DNA of 64,000 nucleotides from a virus. The first letter of the stretch is position 1. Each line of letters begins with the position of its first letter. A program made the position numbers and the translations under genes. A model generated the notes under the pieces. That model worked only from the letters and a program-made list of their open reading frames with translations, was not told the origin of the DNA and ran no database searches. The stretch lies in the IMG/VR virus record IMGVR_UViG_3300032050_000024, positions 32,001 to 96,000 of that record; one strand, written 5' to 3'. Shown here piece after piece: positions 1 through 9,318 of the stretch.

Positions 1-35
1 ATTGTAATAGTATCCTTATGATAAGGTATTGACAT
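1..35 (-). CDS. 5' fragment of a gene running off the left edge (MSIPYHKDTIT...)
   Basis: ATG at 35-33 overlaps the TAA of the upstream gene (TAATG coupling); frame is open to position 1. Confidence 0.45.
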   Translation of the reverse strand, partial: MSIPYHKDTIT

Positions 36-256
36 TATTTTGTTTTTAATTTAACAGGTTGAAACTCTTCTGGAATTGCTCCACAATCATCGCATCTAAA
101 TACCGGAATTGGTACCATGGAATCTTTATCAGCACCTGTTAAAAATTTTGATACTTTATTAATTGCCATTACTTGACGAAAATATATTCCATCACATTCT
201 TTACAAATAATTGGTTGCATATCTTGCGGGCCAATATTAACATTTATCTTATTCAT
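35..256 (-). CDS. Small zinc-ribbon hypothetical protein
   Basis: Two CxxC pairs (CKEC, CDDC); overlaps the clamp-loader stop by 4 nt. Confidence 0.7.
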   Translation of the reverse strand: MNKINVNIGPQDMQPIICKECDGIYFRQVMAINKVSKFLTGADKDSMVPIPVFRCDDCGAIPEEFQPVKLKTK

Positions 257-1179
257 ATTTCTCCTAATAAATTTACAAACATTGCCATTACGTTAATTTC
301 TTTATCTACAACACTAGCATCTTTAAATTGCGATTCTGCTATGATTAAAATGCAAGGTGCAATATGACCATGAGCGAATTCATCTAAATTATCATATAAA
401 AATGTATACAATGGCGTAAAGTCTTTTACTTTGCTATCAGCAATACATTGACGAATTTTTGTGAATGTTGCTTTTTTATCTTTTGCAGTTTTAAGCATTT
501 CTAAAATTTCTGTCATGTAATTAGCTTGAATTGCACTTGCTTTATCTAATTGCAATTGTCCGTTAACTACCGATGCTTGTGCTGCATTTATTGCTCTGCG
601 AATATCTGGATATGATGCATTAATGATTGCAGCAATATCTTTGATATCATATGCAACGCCCTTTTCATCTAGTACAGTTACCAAGCGTTGTGCTACATCT
701 TTTTTGTTTGGAGGAGTAATAGCAAACGTTTGACAACGTGATTGTATTGGATCGATAATCTTTTCAACATAATTACATGTTAAAATAAAACGTGTTGTTT
801 TGCTATATGTCTCCATTAAGTTACGAAGAGCTGCCTGGGCATTTGGCGTTAAATAATCTGCCTCATCTAATATGATTATTTTCCATCTTTTAAAACCAAC
901 TGTTGATGCATAACGTTTAATCTTATCTCTAACCGCATCTACTGAGTTTTCATCTGATGCATTAATATACATTAAATCGGCATCTACAGAACCTGCAATT
1001 ATTTTTGCCAACGTTGTTTTACCCGTTCCAGCTGATCCATAAAATAATAGATGCGGAACATCACCATTAGCAATGAAAATTTTAACTTTTTCAATAATGT
1101 GTTCATTTCCTATATATCCTTCTAATGTATCGGGTCTAAATGATTCAACCCAAAGTGTATTTTCTTGTTGTCCAAACAT
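253..1179 (-). CDS. gp44: Sliding-clamp loader AAA+ subunit (T4 gp44 / RFC-small-like)
   Basis: LWVESFRP N-terminus, Walker A GSAGTGKT, NASDE, Walker B IILDEAD, SRC motif. Confidence 0.95.
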   Translation of the reverse strand: MFGQQENTLWVESFRPDTLEGYIGNEHIIEKVKIFIANGDVPHLLFYGSAGTGKTTLAKIIAGSVDADLMYINASDENSVDAVRDKIKRYASTVGFKRWKIIILDEADYLTPNAQAALRNLMETYSKTTRFILTCNYVEKIIDPIQSRCQTFAITPPNKKDVAQRLVTVLDEKGVAYDIKDIAAIINASYPDIRRAINAAQASVVNGQLQLDKASAIQANYMTEILEMLKTAKDKKATFTKIRQCIADSKVKDFTPLYTFLYDNLDEFAHGHIAPCILIIAESQFKDASVVDKEINVMAMFVNLLGEI

Positions 1180-1184
1180 ATTTC

Positions 1185-1613
1185 TTATTTACCTGTTGAT
1201 CCAAAACCGCCTTCTCCTCGTTCCGTATCTGATAATTCATCAGTTTCTACTAAGTATACGAGTGGATATGGCATTATTATTAATTGTCCTACTCTTTCCC
1301 CCGGACGATATATTTTTGCGTTGATTAAACTTGGATTAGCTCGAAATTTAAACATAATTTCACCTCTATATCCGCTATCTATAACACCAACATGATTTGT
1401 TAAGTATAAATCTGTTTTACTATTTGATGATCTAGGAAATAACAAACCAACATGTCCTTTTGGTATTTCAATTGCTAATCCTGTGCCATATACAACATTT
1501 CCATGATCATCTTTTTCCATCGAAATAGCAGTTAAATCCATTCCAGCATCTCCTGGTTTTGAATATTCTGGGACTACTGCATCAATATGAAGTTTTTTTA
1601 CTCGTACTAACAT
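1185..1613 (-). CDS. dut: Trimeric dUTPase
   Basis: GDAGMDL, PRSS, GVIDSGYRGE and RGEGGFGSTG motifs. Confidence 0.97.
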   Translation of the reverse strand: MLVRVKKLHIDAVVPEYSKPGDAGMDLTAISMEKDDHGNVVYGTGLAIEIPKGHVGLLFPRSSNSKTDLYLTNHVGVIDSGYRGEIMFKFRANPSLINAKIYRPGERVGQLIIMPYPLVYLVETDELSDTERGEGGFGSTGK

Positions 1614-1620
1614 TCACCTC

Positions 1621-2331
1621 CTAGTTTTGTAACATTACCAACCAATATGTTGAATCAAAATCTGAACCTGTAAAATCGATTCGAGCTAATCCATCTGGAG
1701 AAATGTGTAATTGTCCATTATCTCCGCGATTTGCTACTAGTACTTCTTTTAATTTATCTGCAGAGAAACAAACCGGTGACATATCATTACTTGCTGCTTT
1801 TCCTACTTCAAAAGAAATATTATCTGCATTAACGGTTGAATAATTTATAATAAATTTAATTATACCACCTTTTACTTGAACTGCAAAATTCTTAGCATCG
1901 GGTAATGCATTTTTTGCTTTGATGAATCTGCTAACAAATTCTTCATTAACCGGAATTTGTATTTCATAATCAGGTTCTGCATTGATTGAAGGTACTGCTG
2001 GAATAACCGTTGTGTCAGCTAACATGAATGTTGCCTTGGTGCTACCTTCACAAATTTCCATTGCATAATTTTTACCTGCTGCATCTTTTACATTGATTGT
2101 GATATTTTCACCCAATGCACTTAACATTTTATTCAATGCTCCGGTATGATTGATACCTAATTCGCCTTTCATGAACGGAGTTGTTTTCCATTGAATTTTA
2201 CCTACTACGGTTTGATCAACATCAATCAATTCACATCCAACACCTGTTTCATTTTCGTTTAATTTTACTGCTTCGCAATTACCTGCTAAATAATAACGAT
2301 TAATAAATGATTGTAATTTGCTTTTTTCCAT
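1621..2331 (-). CDS. DNA polymerase sliding clamp (gp45/PCNA-like)
   Basis: 236 aa, PCNA-like C-terminus (LHISPDGLARIDF...STYWLV); sits next to the clamp loader. Confidence 0.7.
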   Translation of the reverse strand: MEKSKLQSFINRYYLAGNCEAVKLNENETGVGCELIDVDQTVVGKIQWKTTPFMKGELGINHTGALNKMLSALGENITINVKDAAGKNYAMEICEGSTKATFMLADTTVIPAVPSINAEPDYEIQIPVNEEFVSRFIKAKNALPDAKNFAVQVKGGIIKFIINYSTVNADNISFEVGKAASNDMSPVCFSADKLKEVLVANRGDNGQLHISPDGLARIDFTGSDFDSTYWLVMLQN

Positions 2332-2342
2332 GTTTATCCTGA

Positions 2343-3602
2343 TTAAAATTTAAAGAATTTATTAAAGTTTTCTGCATCGGTTGTTGAAATACTACTACCT
2401 CCGAATTTTTTATATGTTTTAATGTATTTTTGATATACAGTTGGTGCTGCATCTGGATCTGCAAACATTTCGTGTAAAGATAAAATAACATCATAAAGAT
2501 CTTTTGGAATTACCGTTTCTAGCAATTCAACGTGACTGTCAACCATTTGATTGATTTCTTGTGCTGCTTGTACATACAAATGCGTATTATGCACAACCAT
2601 TCTAGGCATTGCTTCTTGCGAAAATCTGTCTAAACCTTCTGGAGTCTTACCTCCTAGCAATTCATATGTGAAATCTTTACAAGCGGGGCAACCTAATGCA
2701 CAAGGAACATGTTGAGTTAAATCAATACCAACTTCACCCGTTTTACCTTGTTTGATGTGTGACTTTCTGCGATATTCTGCATTCTTTGGAAAATACAATT
2801 CTGAAAATGATTGTGTCTTGTAATTTGTTGAATGAAGATATGTTCCAAATACCGGATATTGTCCTGGAGATGAAGAATCTGTTGTAATATAAATTCTATT
2901 ATTGGTAAGTTGATTCATCAATTTTTGCAATGTTGCTAATATGAAGAAATCTGATATTTTTGAAATACCTAACAAATGCACATATTCTAAACGCTGATTT
3001 TCAAATTCTCTTTCTTTAAGCATCAAAGAAACCGCAAACATAAAATCAACTAGCTTTTGTGGACCTCCAATTGCCCAACCTTGAAAATCAAAATGCTTAA
3101 ACTTATGATACCACCAAGTATATTCATCAGCATTTGAACCTTGCAACATGTTTAAGAATTTAGTTTTACCACTTTGATGTTTTTCAAACCAAGCAAAGTT
3201 ATCAAAACTAATATCAGCACATAGTGCAAATTGATTTTTATATTTTGTTTTAGGCGGAATATCTAAATTTGCAGCAACATCGCTATTAGCTTCTAACCAA
3301 TGAAAAATCTTTTCACGTAATTCGTTGCTATAAGGTAATGCACCTGTTGCAATCTGATAACCTCCAGAATCTCCAAATACTAACACATCATCTTCTAATC
3401 CCATTTGTTTTCTGAAATCCATTTTTTTGTAATGATGTCCTGCTGTTACTAGAAAATATGGATGTCTCCAATCTTTAGGATAGCGGGAATCAAAGAATTT
3501 TACTGGATCTCCACTTTCGAACTTCATATCCTTTTTAAATGCAGATACCATAGATCCCGCAGATAAAGATGGAAAGTATATGAATCTTTTATTTTCGCTC
3601 AT
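2343..3602 (-). CDS. dpdA: TGT-fold 7-deazaguanine DNA transglycosylase (DpdA-like)
   Basis: TGT-family motifs GDSGGYQ, LDIPP, LQG, GWAIGG, HLLG, DSSS and Zn site C-x3-CxxC...HN; folE/queD/queE nearby. Confidence 0.8.
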   Translation of the reverse strand: MSENKRFIYFPSLSAGSMVSAFKKDMKFESGDPVKFFDSRYPKDWRHPYFLVTAGHHYKKMDFRKQMGLEDDVLVFGDSGGYQIATGALPYSNELREKIFHWLEANSDVAANLDIPPKTKYKNQFALCADISFDNFAWFEKHQSGKTKFLNMLQGSNADEYTWWYHKFKHFDFQGWAIGGPQKLVDFMFAVSLMLKEREFENQRLEYVHLLGISKISDFFILATLQKLMNQLTNNRIYITTDSSSPGQYPVFGTYLHSTNYKTQSFSELYFPKNAEYRRKSHIKQGKTGEVGIDLTQHVPCALGCPACKDFTYELLGGKTPEGLDRFSQEAMPRMVVHNTHLYVQAAQEINQMVDSHVELLETVIPKDLYDVILSLHEMFADPDAAPTVYQKYIKTYKKFGGSSISTTDAENFNKFFKF

Positions 3603-4666
3603 TATATTCCTTTTGCTTCGTTTAATTTATTAATAAGTCCCATTGTTGTTTTATGTTGTTTCAAGCAATCGATTAAACGAGTTGCTGAAAAAAAGTTATG
3701 ATGTAATTTTGCAACTAATTGTGCAATACGTTCAGACATTTCTTCGTCTTCATATTCCAATATTGCATTTACTGCCGAATCAACTGAATCGGCTCGTTTA
3801 AACATTGGATCATACATTTCCGTATATGATAATCGGTTTGGTACCAATGGACATGCTCCTGCGCAAGCAGCTTCATACATTGATATTCCTAATGTTTCTT
3901 GTTCTGCAAATGATACTGCAAATTTTGCTCGTTGCAGTAATTCATGATATTCTGTTTTAGATAAATTCATTTCCATTGCAACACAAAATTGATATTTCCA
4001 CAGTTCTGGTCTTGAAGCTAACATATGAAATAAATCTAATCGTTTCTCGGGAGCAATACGATGCGGAAACACAATAATATTTTCTTTTTTAGCCCAAAGT
4101 TTAGGAGCAATCATTGATTCGGTATATTCCATTGGCCAACCCGTTCTATCAAAAGATCTGTCGTGCATAATGTCATATGTTTCCTTCATTAAATTAAAAT
4201 GTGCTGCTGTTGCTAACCAATTGTGCGTAAATGCTCCAATAAAGGCTTGCTCAGCGTGTCTAATCCATGGTTTATCTCCTACGAGTCGACCTAAAAAATC
4301 ATTTGGGTCATATGAACCCGCGTGCCAAAGTCCGTGCGTTATAACAGGAATATTTAAAAGTTCACTCATATACTTAACATTGATAATTCCTGGGTGCCAA
4401 GCATCTGTAAATATGATTTGATCTCCTGCTTTAATTTCACCGCGAGTAAACAATTCTGCTAATCGATGTGTTTGTGTAGCTTTATACATGTTAGTGCCAC
4501 CAAAGTTTAAAAAGGCACCTGGAGTAACAGCTGTCGGAATATCTAAATCGCCTTCAATAACTTCTACATCAAATCCATTATCTCGAAGTAAAGCTGGAAC
4601 GTGCCATTTCCATTCACAAGTATAACGGGTTGGAACTGATTCTAAATCTACTAAAAATATTTTCAT
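3602..4666 (-). CDS. GT-B (GT4-like) glycosyltransferase
   Basis: FPHRIAPEK and QETLGISMYEA (ExxGxxxxE) motifs; stop overlaps the dpdA start. Confidence 0.85.
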   Translation of the reverse strand: MKIFLVDLESVPTRYTCEWKWHVPALLRDNGFDVEVIEGDLDIPTAVTPGAFLNFGGTNMYKATQTHRLAELFTRGEIKAGDQIIFTDAWHPGIINVKYMSELLNIPVITHGLWHAGSYDPNDFLGRLVGDKPWIRHAEQAFIGAFTHNWLATAAHFNLMKETYDIMHDRSFDRTGWPMEYTESMIAPKLWAKKENIIVFPHRIAPEKRLDLFHMLASRPELWKYQFCVAMEMNLSKTEYHELLQRAKFAVSFAEQETLGISMYEAACAGACPLVPNRLSYTEMYDPMFKRADSVDSAVNAILEYEDEEMSERIAQLVAKLHHNFFSATRLIDCLKQHKTTMGLINKLNEAKGI

Positions 4667-4667
4667 A

Positions 4668-5039
4668 TTACCTTTCTATGATTGCACCATTTTCAAAATC
4701 TTCCCAAACTTCAACTTTGTAAAGTGCAGGAAATTCATTTAATAACCATTCTCCGATCATTTCACACGACATCGAGCCAAACTCTAATACATTTGTTTCA
4801 GATCTTGTAAATACGATTCGCAATGCTTTTTGTATTTTACGATTTAACAAAATGAATTCTTCATCTCGATCCGTATGCGTTACGTGTGCATAACACCGAA
4901 AACCAAACATATGTCGGTGTCTATCTGATAAGAATGCTACTTCTGGAAATACATCTTTAGCATCAGGCCAACAATGAAATCCTTCAATGCTAAATGTTAC
5001 TACTACACTATACTTCATGGCGGTCAAATTTATAATCAT
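4668..5039 (-). CDS. QueD-like T-fold protein (DpdL-like, putative CDG decarboxylase); true start probably MKYSVVV
   Basis: EGFHCWP, LSDRHRHMF (LxxxHRHxF), SCEMI and VWEDFENGA; distinct from the canonical QueD at 10448. Confidence 0.7.
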   Translation of the reverse strand: MIINLTAMKYSVVVTFSIEGFHCWPDAKDVFPEVAFLSDRHRHMFGFRCYAHVTHTDRDEEFILLNRKIQKALRIVFTRSETNVLEFGSMSCEMIGEWLLNEFPALYKVEVWEDFENGAIIER

Positions 5040-5457
5040 CTGGATTCACTGATTGCATATTATGCACTGTAGTGCAATACAATTTGTAATCTCCATAAAC
5101 TACTTTAATACTATCTGTTTGTTTAAGCAATCCGGCATCTTTGCAATCTATCATTAACAATATATGTGCTCGAATTCTAATCATTGGTGGAATATGTTCT
5201 AACATACCAGGTGTTGCTTCAATTGAAACAAACTGAGTATCTGATATCATATTGAATATATTATGCCAATTGAAATTTATATCTTTATCATCAACTAATT
5301 GTTTAGTTGCAGTTGAGCAAATATAAATGTGCGGAGTAGGTTTTATCTTTTCCGTGCCATAAACTATAGGATAAAAATCTGCAATAAAACATGTTTCGAT
5401 ATCCGTAAAGCGTCCTTCAACTTCTTTACCATACCATATACTTTTATAACCAATCAT
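5008..5457 (-). CDS. Hypothetical protein, first gene of the dpd module
   Basis: 149-aa ORF directly downstream of a sigma70-like promoter; overlaps the T-fold gene. Confidence 0.7.
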   Translation of the reverse strand: MIGYKSIWYGKEVEGRFTDIETCFIADFYPIVYGTEKIKPTPHIYICSTATKQLVDDKDINFNWHNIFNMISDTQFVSIEATPGMLEHIPPMIRIRAHILLMIDCKDAGLLKQTDSIKVVYGDYKLYCTTVHNMQSVNPDDYKFDRHEV

Positions 5458-5462
5458 AACTT

Positions 5463-5491
5463 AATATAATGAATTTATTCTTATTTTCCAA
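5463..5491 (-). promoter_or_regulatory. Sigma70-like promoter TTGGAA-N17-TATATT
   Basis: Read on the minus strand; same architecture recurs at six other gene starts. Confidence 0.6.
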
Positions 5492-7997
5492 ATGAAAAGA
5501 ATTTTGCAACTGAATTATTTTCTGGAAATGCTCCCCAATTCATTGCTGCATAGAAATCATCAAGTTTATTTTTCAATTCTTTTGCAAATATCTTGTTACG
5601 ATCTATGTATTGTTCTACAAAATCCGTAATAACTTTTGGATCTTGATAACCTCGAAGTGCCATTGTATCAAACCCAAATGGATTATCTGACAAATATGCC
5701 CATTTTACCTTTTCGCCATCTGTGATAGGTTCTATGTCTCGAATTCCGTTTGATACTAATAAATCATTAAAATTAATTGCAGATTTAACGTGTGCTGGAG
5801 TTCCTGATAAATATCCAGTAAATGGTTTTCTTTTCTTAGTATATTTTGATATTTCTTTAACTCCGGAATTCTTCATTACATTGAGCACTGGAGATGATTT
5901 TAATCCAGATTTGAATTTATGAATCATATCTGTTGTAGCTGTTTTATCGCGTTGCTTAAGAATATGCCAAAGTGTTTCTTTCATTATCTTTTTGAAATCT
6001 TCTGGAAAACTAGATCTTACAACATCTAATCCTTTGATATCAAGTTTATCGGTAGGTTTTCCTTCTTTGAATATAACCCATTGTGCATATCTTTTCTTTG
6101 CAATCCATAAACCAGATTTAGCAACATATTCTTGTTTGATTGTCCATCGATGCGTTTCTGTATTGTGAAATACAACTGCATATCGATCATACATTGTGTT
6201 TACTAAACTTTGAACTTCGGATGCAATTGCATTGGTTTGTGCAATCATGAATTCTTCGTCTGTTTCATCATAATCCGGGAAACGTTTTGCAATCAAAGGC
6301 AATGAACTAACAAAGGTTGAATCCGTATCCGTATAAAATGCAAATTCTGCTTTGCCATTAGTTGCATTAATGAAATGATCTTGCCCTATTTCTTTTGCAT
6401 AATGATTGTTAATAACCTTTGCAGAAAATTTAATTACACTTTGACCTGTTGCTGTGATTGCACCTGCATTATCTAAATCATGGAAACGAAATGTTTTAAG
6501 CCCTAATACTCCATAAAATGAATTAAGCAATACTTTTTGTGTATTTTGTAATGCATCATAGAATTTATATTCTTCTGTTCCAACTTCATATTCATCACGT
6601 TTGTCTTTGTATTCAACACGTTCATCAAACCATTTTGCTAATATTGTTGGTAAAAATCCTTTTATGTCTGTTCGATAAACAGCTCCGTTACTTGCAACAG
6701 TATATGCATTGTCTTGCAACCATGTTTTAACATCTTGAACAAAGGTACCATCTATAAACGTAACTTGCTGTGGATCGGATTTCATTAATAAGTCTTGATT
6801 CCAATTTTTTATTACTGCAACTTTAGTTTCTGGAGAAATATTCAAACTCATGATGATGCTTGGATAAAGTGACGTTAAATCTAAGTCATATATCCATTTG
6901 TATAATCCTGGTATTGGATCTTTTACATATGCTCCAGCGAGTGCGTCTGCTTCTGTTTCTTCTTCAATAAATCGGAATTGTTTGTTAGGTGCAACTAATC
7001 CGTTACGCTTTAAATCTACTATTGCAGCACCGTCTAAGTATTTAGATGCATAATATACATCTTCATATGCAACATGACCTTTATGACATATAGTTCTTGC
7101 TAAATTTAGAAGTTGAGTTTTTTCATCTAATTCATAAACCAAATTAACGTCAACCATGTTATATTCAACAAACTTTTTGATGTCTGTTGCAAATAATTGA
7201 TTCAAGTCACCTTCATATTCTATTTTACCTTTACCTAATTCTGTTTTTGCTACAGTATCTAAACGGTAATTTGGTAATTCTGTATATGTAAATTTCTTGT
7301 ATAATGTTAAATAATCTAAACTCGATACACCGAATATTTTGTATCGTTCTCTGTTTTTATTCCATTCAACAATACCGGCAGGTGAAAGTTTCTTGATTGC
7401 TTGTGCACCTAATACTTTTTTGATTCGATTAACAAGATATGGAACGTCATAATTGTCAATGTTCCAACCAGTAATTACTGTGGGTTGAACTTCTGCAAAT
7501 ATGTTTATAAAACGTGTTAACATATCAGCTTCAGAACGAAATATTTCTACTTCATAATCCGTTTCTTTGAATCCTTGTGTTGTAACTCGCTTTTCTTCAT
7601 CTAATACTAATACTCGACGATCTTGTCCGGCTTTATCATAATATGCAATAGATGTAATTCTTAAACGTGCATCTTGCGGAGTTGAATATCCATTTTCATC
7701 ACGTTCTGACTCAATATCAAAAAAGAAATCTTTATGACCTCGAGATGGAGTATCGGATTCATAATACAAATCAATCAGCGTTCTAACTTCTTCATTTAAG
7801 TCAGATTCATATGCCGTTCTATTATCTTTATGGTTACCAGACATTTTATGTAATCTAGTTCCATCTAGTGACATGTAATCGCCGTTGTCTGCAGGTAAAT
7901 ATGCATATGGTTGAAAAGGAAATCTTTGATGTCCTAATTCATCATCCCATACGTGCATTATGTTATTTTTCTTGTCGTAGCCTATTGCTTGATACAT
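5481..7997 (-). CDS. gp43: Family B DNA polymerase (T4 gp43-like)
   Basis: Exo motifs FDIE and GWNIDNYD; Pol motifs DLTSLYPS, KVLLNSFYG, YTDTDS, KKRY. Confidence 0.97.
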   Translation of the reverse strand: MYQAIGYDKKNNIMHVWDDELGHQRFPFQPYAYLPADNGDYMSLDGTRLHKMSGNHKDNRTAYESDLNEEVRTLIDLYYESDTPSRGHKDFFFDIESERDENGYSTPQDARLRITSIAYYDKAGQDRRVLVLDEEKRVTTQGFKETDYEVEIFRSEADMLTRFINIFAEVQPTVITGWNIDNYDVPYLVNRIKKVLGAQAIKKLSPAGIVEWNKNRERYKIFGVSSLDYLTLYKKFTYTELPNYRLDTVAKTELGKGKIEYEGDLNQLFATDIKKFVEYNMVDVNLVYELDEKTQLLNLARTICHKGHVAYEDVYYASKYLDGAAIVDLKRNGLVAPNKQFRFIEEETEADALAGAYVKDPIPGLYKWIYDLDLTSLYPSIIMSLNISPETKVAVIKNWNQDLLMKSDPQQVTFIDGTFVQDVKTWLQDNAYTVASNGAVYRTDIKGFLPTILAKWFDERVEYKDKRDEYEVGTEEYKFYDALQNTQKVLLNSFYGVLGLKTFRFHDLDNAGAITATGQSVIKFSAKVINNHYAKEIGQDHFINATNGKAEFAFYTDTDSTFVSSLPLIAKRFPDYDETDEEFMIAQTNAIASEVQSLVNTMYDRYAVVFHNTETHRWTIKQEYVAKSGLWIAKKRYAQWVIFKEGKPTDKLDIKGLDVVRSSFPEDFKKIMKETLWHILKQRDKTATTDMIHKFKSGLKSSPVLNVMKNSGVKEISKYTKKRKPFTGYLSGTPAHVKSAINFNDLLVSNGIRDIEPITDGEKVKWAYLSDNPFGFDTMALRGYQDPKVITDFVEQYIDRNKIFAKELKNKLDDFYAAMNWGAFPENNSVAKFFSFGK

Positions 7998-8000
7998 TAA

Positions 8001-8504
8001 TTAAACCTTGTATAAATCTTCTAAATTTCTTCCTACCCCGTTGTTGTCAAGCCCATAGCCTGCAATCCATTCATCACCAATAACAAATCCACAAAAATCA
8101 GTTAAATCAACTTTACCGCCGCGTTTTGTTAAGGTAACTACTTTAACTTGTTTTGGTAAGTGACTATTAACCATAAGCAATGCTTCTAAAAGTGTTGCAC
8201 CTGTATCGCAAATATCATCTACTATGTATACATTGCGACCCTTAAGATCTATTTCCAATCCTTTAATTATATCAATGCCTTCTGAATTATCTCGACCCGT
8301 ATATGACTTTAATCTAATAAAATCTGATTGGACATCAATTGGCATATTTCTAAGTAAATCCGTATAAAACATATATGCACCATTAAGTATGCATATCATT
8401 ACAGGTGGCAACGCATCGCCTGTTTTTATATGATCATTAGCAATATCTAATGCCAATTGTTTTATCCTCAATTGGATGTCTTTGCTTTCGATAAAAAGTT
8501 CCAT
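8001..8504 (-). CDS. hpt: Hypoxanthine/guanine phosphoribosyltransferase
   Basis: ILNGA, PRPP-binding IVDDICDTGATL, GYGLD. Confidence 0.9.
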   Translation of the reverse strand: MELFIESKDIQLRIKQLALDIANDHIKTGDALPPVMICILNGAYMFYTDLLRNMPIDVQSDFIRLKSYTGRDNSEGIDIIKGLEIDLKGRNVYIVDDICDTGATLLEALLMVNSHLPKQVKVVTLTKRGGKVDLTDFCGFVIGDEWIAGYGLDNNGVGRNLEDLYKV

Positions 8505-8701
8505 ATTCCGTATAAATTTATAATAATAATAATTAAACTAAGTACCAAGTGGCTGAAATTATCAATATAAAAATCATATGTAATCCAACCGATATCTCCA
8601 ATGATCCATGCAATCATTGCTGTCTTTGAAAGTTGACGTGCATTTAAAATATAACCTACAAGTACTAATGCTGTACTAATCCATCCTAATGCTTCTATCA
8701 T
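8468..8701 (-). CDS. Small 3-TM membrane protein (PnuC/SemiSWEET/YgjV-like half transporter?)
   Basis: Three hydrophobic segments in 77 aa; GW..., W..GD..W..Y, NLYGIW pattern. Confidence 0.55.
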   Translation of the reverse strand: MIEALGWISTALVLVGYILNARQLSKTAMIAWIIGDIGWITYDFYIDNFSHLVLSLIIIIINLYGIWNFLSKAKTSN

Positions 8702-8997
8702 TTTGTAGATTTTACTAATCCTACTTCCGATTCGCGAATTAAATAATATTCTTCGTCGTCAATCATTATGCTTTTGTTTTCACCTAAATTAGATTTGTAA
8801 ATTAATACAGAATCACCTTCTTTAACTGTCATAGGAATTCTATCTCCGGTCATTGTAAATATACCAGGACCTACTTTTATTACTTCCCCTGCTGTGAATT
8901 GCATATCTCTATCTACCAAGATAATTCCACTTTTTGTTTTTTCTGAAACTTTTTCTACTTTTAAAAGTATTTGATCACCAATTGGATTCCATTCCAT
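8698..8997 (-). CDS. groES: Co-chaperonin GroES (Cpn10)
   Basis: PIGDQILL, KTKSGIIL mobile loop, VGPG, VKEGDSV, LIRESE. Confidence 0.92.
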   Translation of the reverse strand: MEWNPIGDQILLKVEKVSEKTKSGIILVDRDMQFTAGEVIKVGPGIFTMTGDRIPMTVKEGDSVLIYKSNLGENKSIMIDDEEYYLIRESEVGLVKSTK

Positions 8998-9010
8998 AAC
9001 TTGTTCCTTT

Positions 9011-9262
9011 TTAACGATTATATAAATTAATAACTGATTGTTTTGTTACATTGTTGCCTACTAATCTTCCTAATTCTGTGCCTGTTCCATCTATTAAAAT
9101 AGCACATGGAATATTCTTTACATTGTATTTTGCAACAGTGTCAGTACTTATATCAACATCGATAAATGATATTGATACTTGATTAGAAGCTTCTTGCAAT
9201 TGCGGTTTTACATATGTACATGGGCCGCACCATGTTGCTGTGAAATATAAGATTCTTTTCAT
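9011..9262 (-). CDS. Thioredoxin
   Basis: FTATWCGPC active site; cis-Pro region VKNIP. Confidence 0.92.
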   Translation of the reverse strand: MKRILYFTATWCGPCTYVKPQLQEASNQVSISFIDVDISTDTVAKYNVKNIPCAILIDGTGTELGRLVGNNVTKQSVINLYNR

Positions 9263-9318
9263 CGTATTTCGTAATTTATTTTAACGTCACCAAACGTTGT
9301 TGTTACTACCCAATTCAT
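9259..9318 (-). CDS. 19-aa small ORF MNWVVTTTFGDVKINYEIR (not in the ORF track)
   Basis: Fills the queE-thioredoxin gap exactly, with TGATG coupling upstream and ATGA coupling downstream. Confidence 0.6.
   Translation of the reverse strand: MNWVVTTTFGDVKINYEIR

Noticed and set aside
2343-3602. Ordinary tRNA-guanine transglycosylase for queuosine synthesis
   Set aside because: It is divergent from bacterial Tgt, sits among DNA replication genes, and no queA/queF/queG is present, so a DNA-targeting DpdA-like role fits better (not proven)
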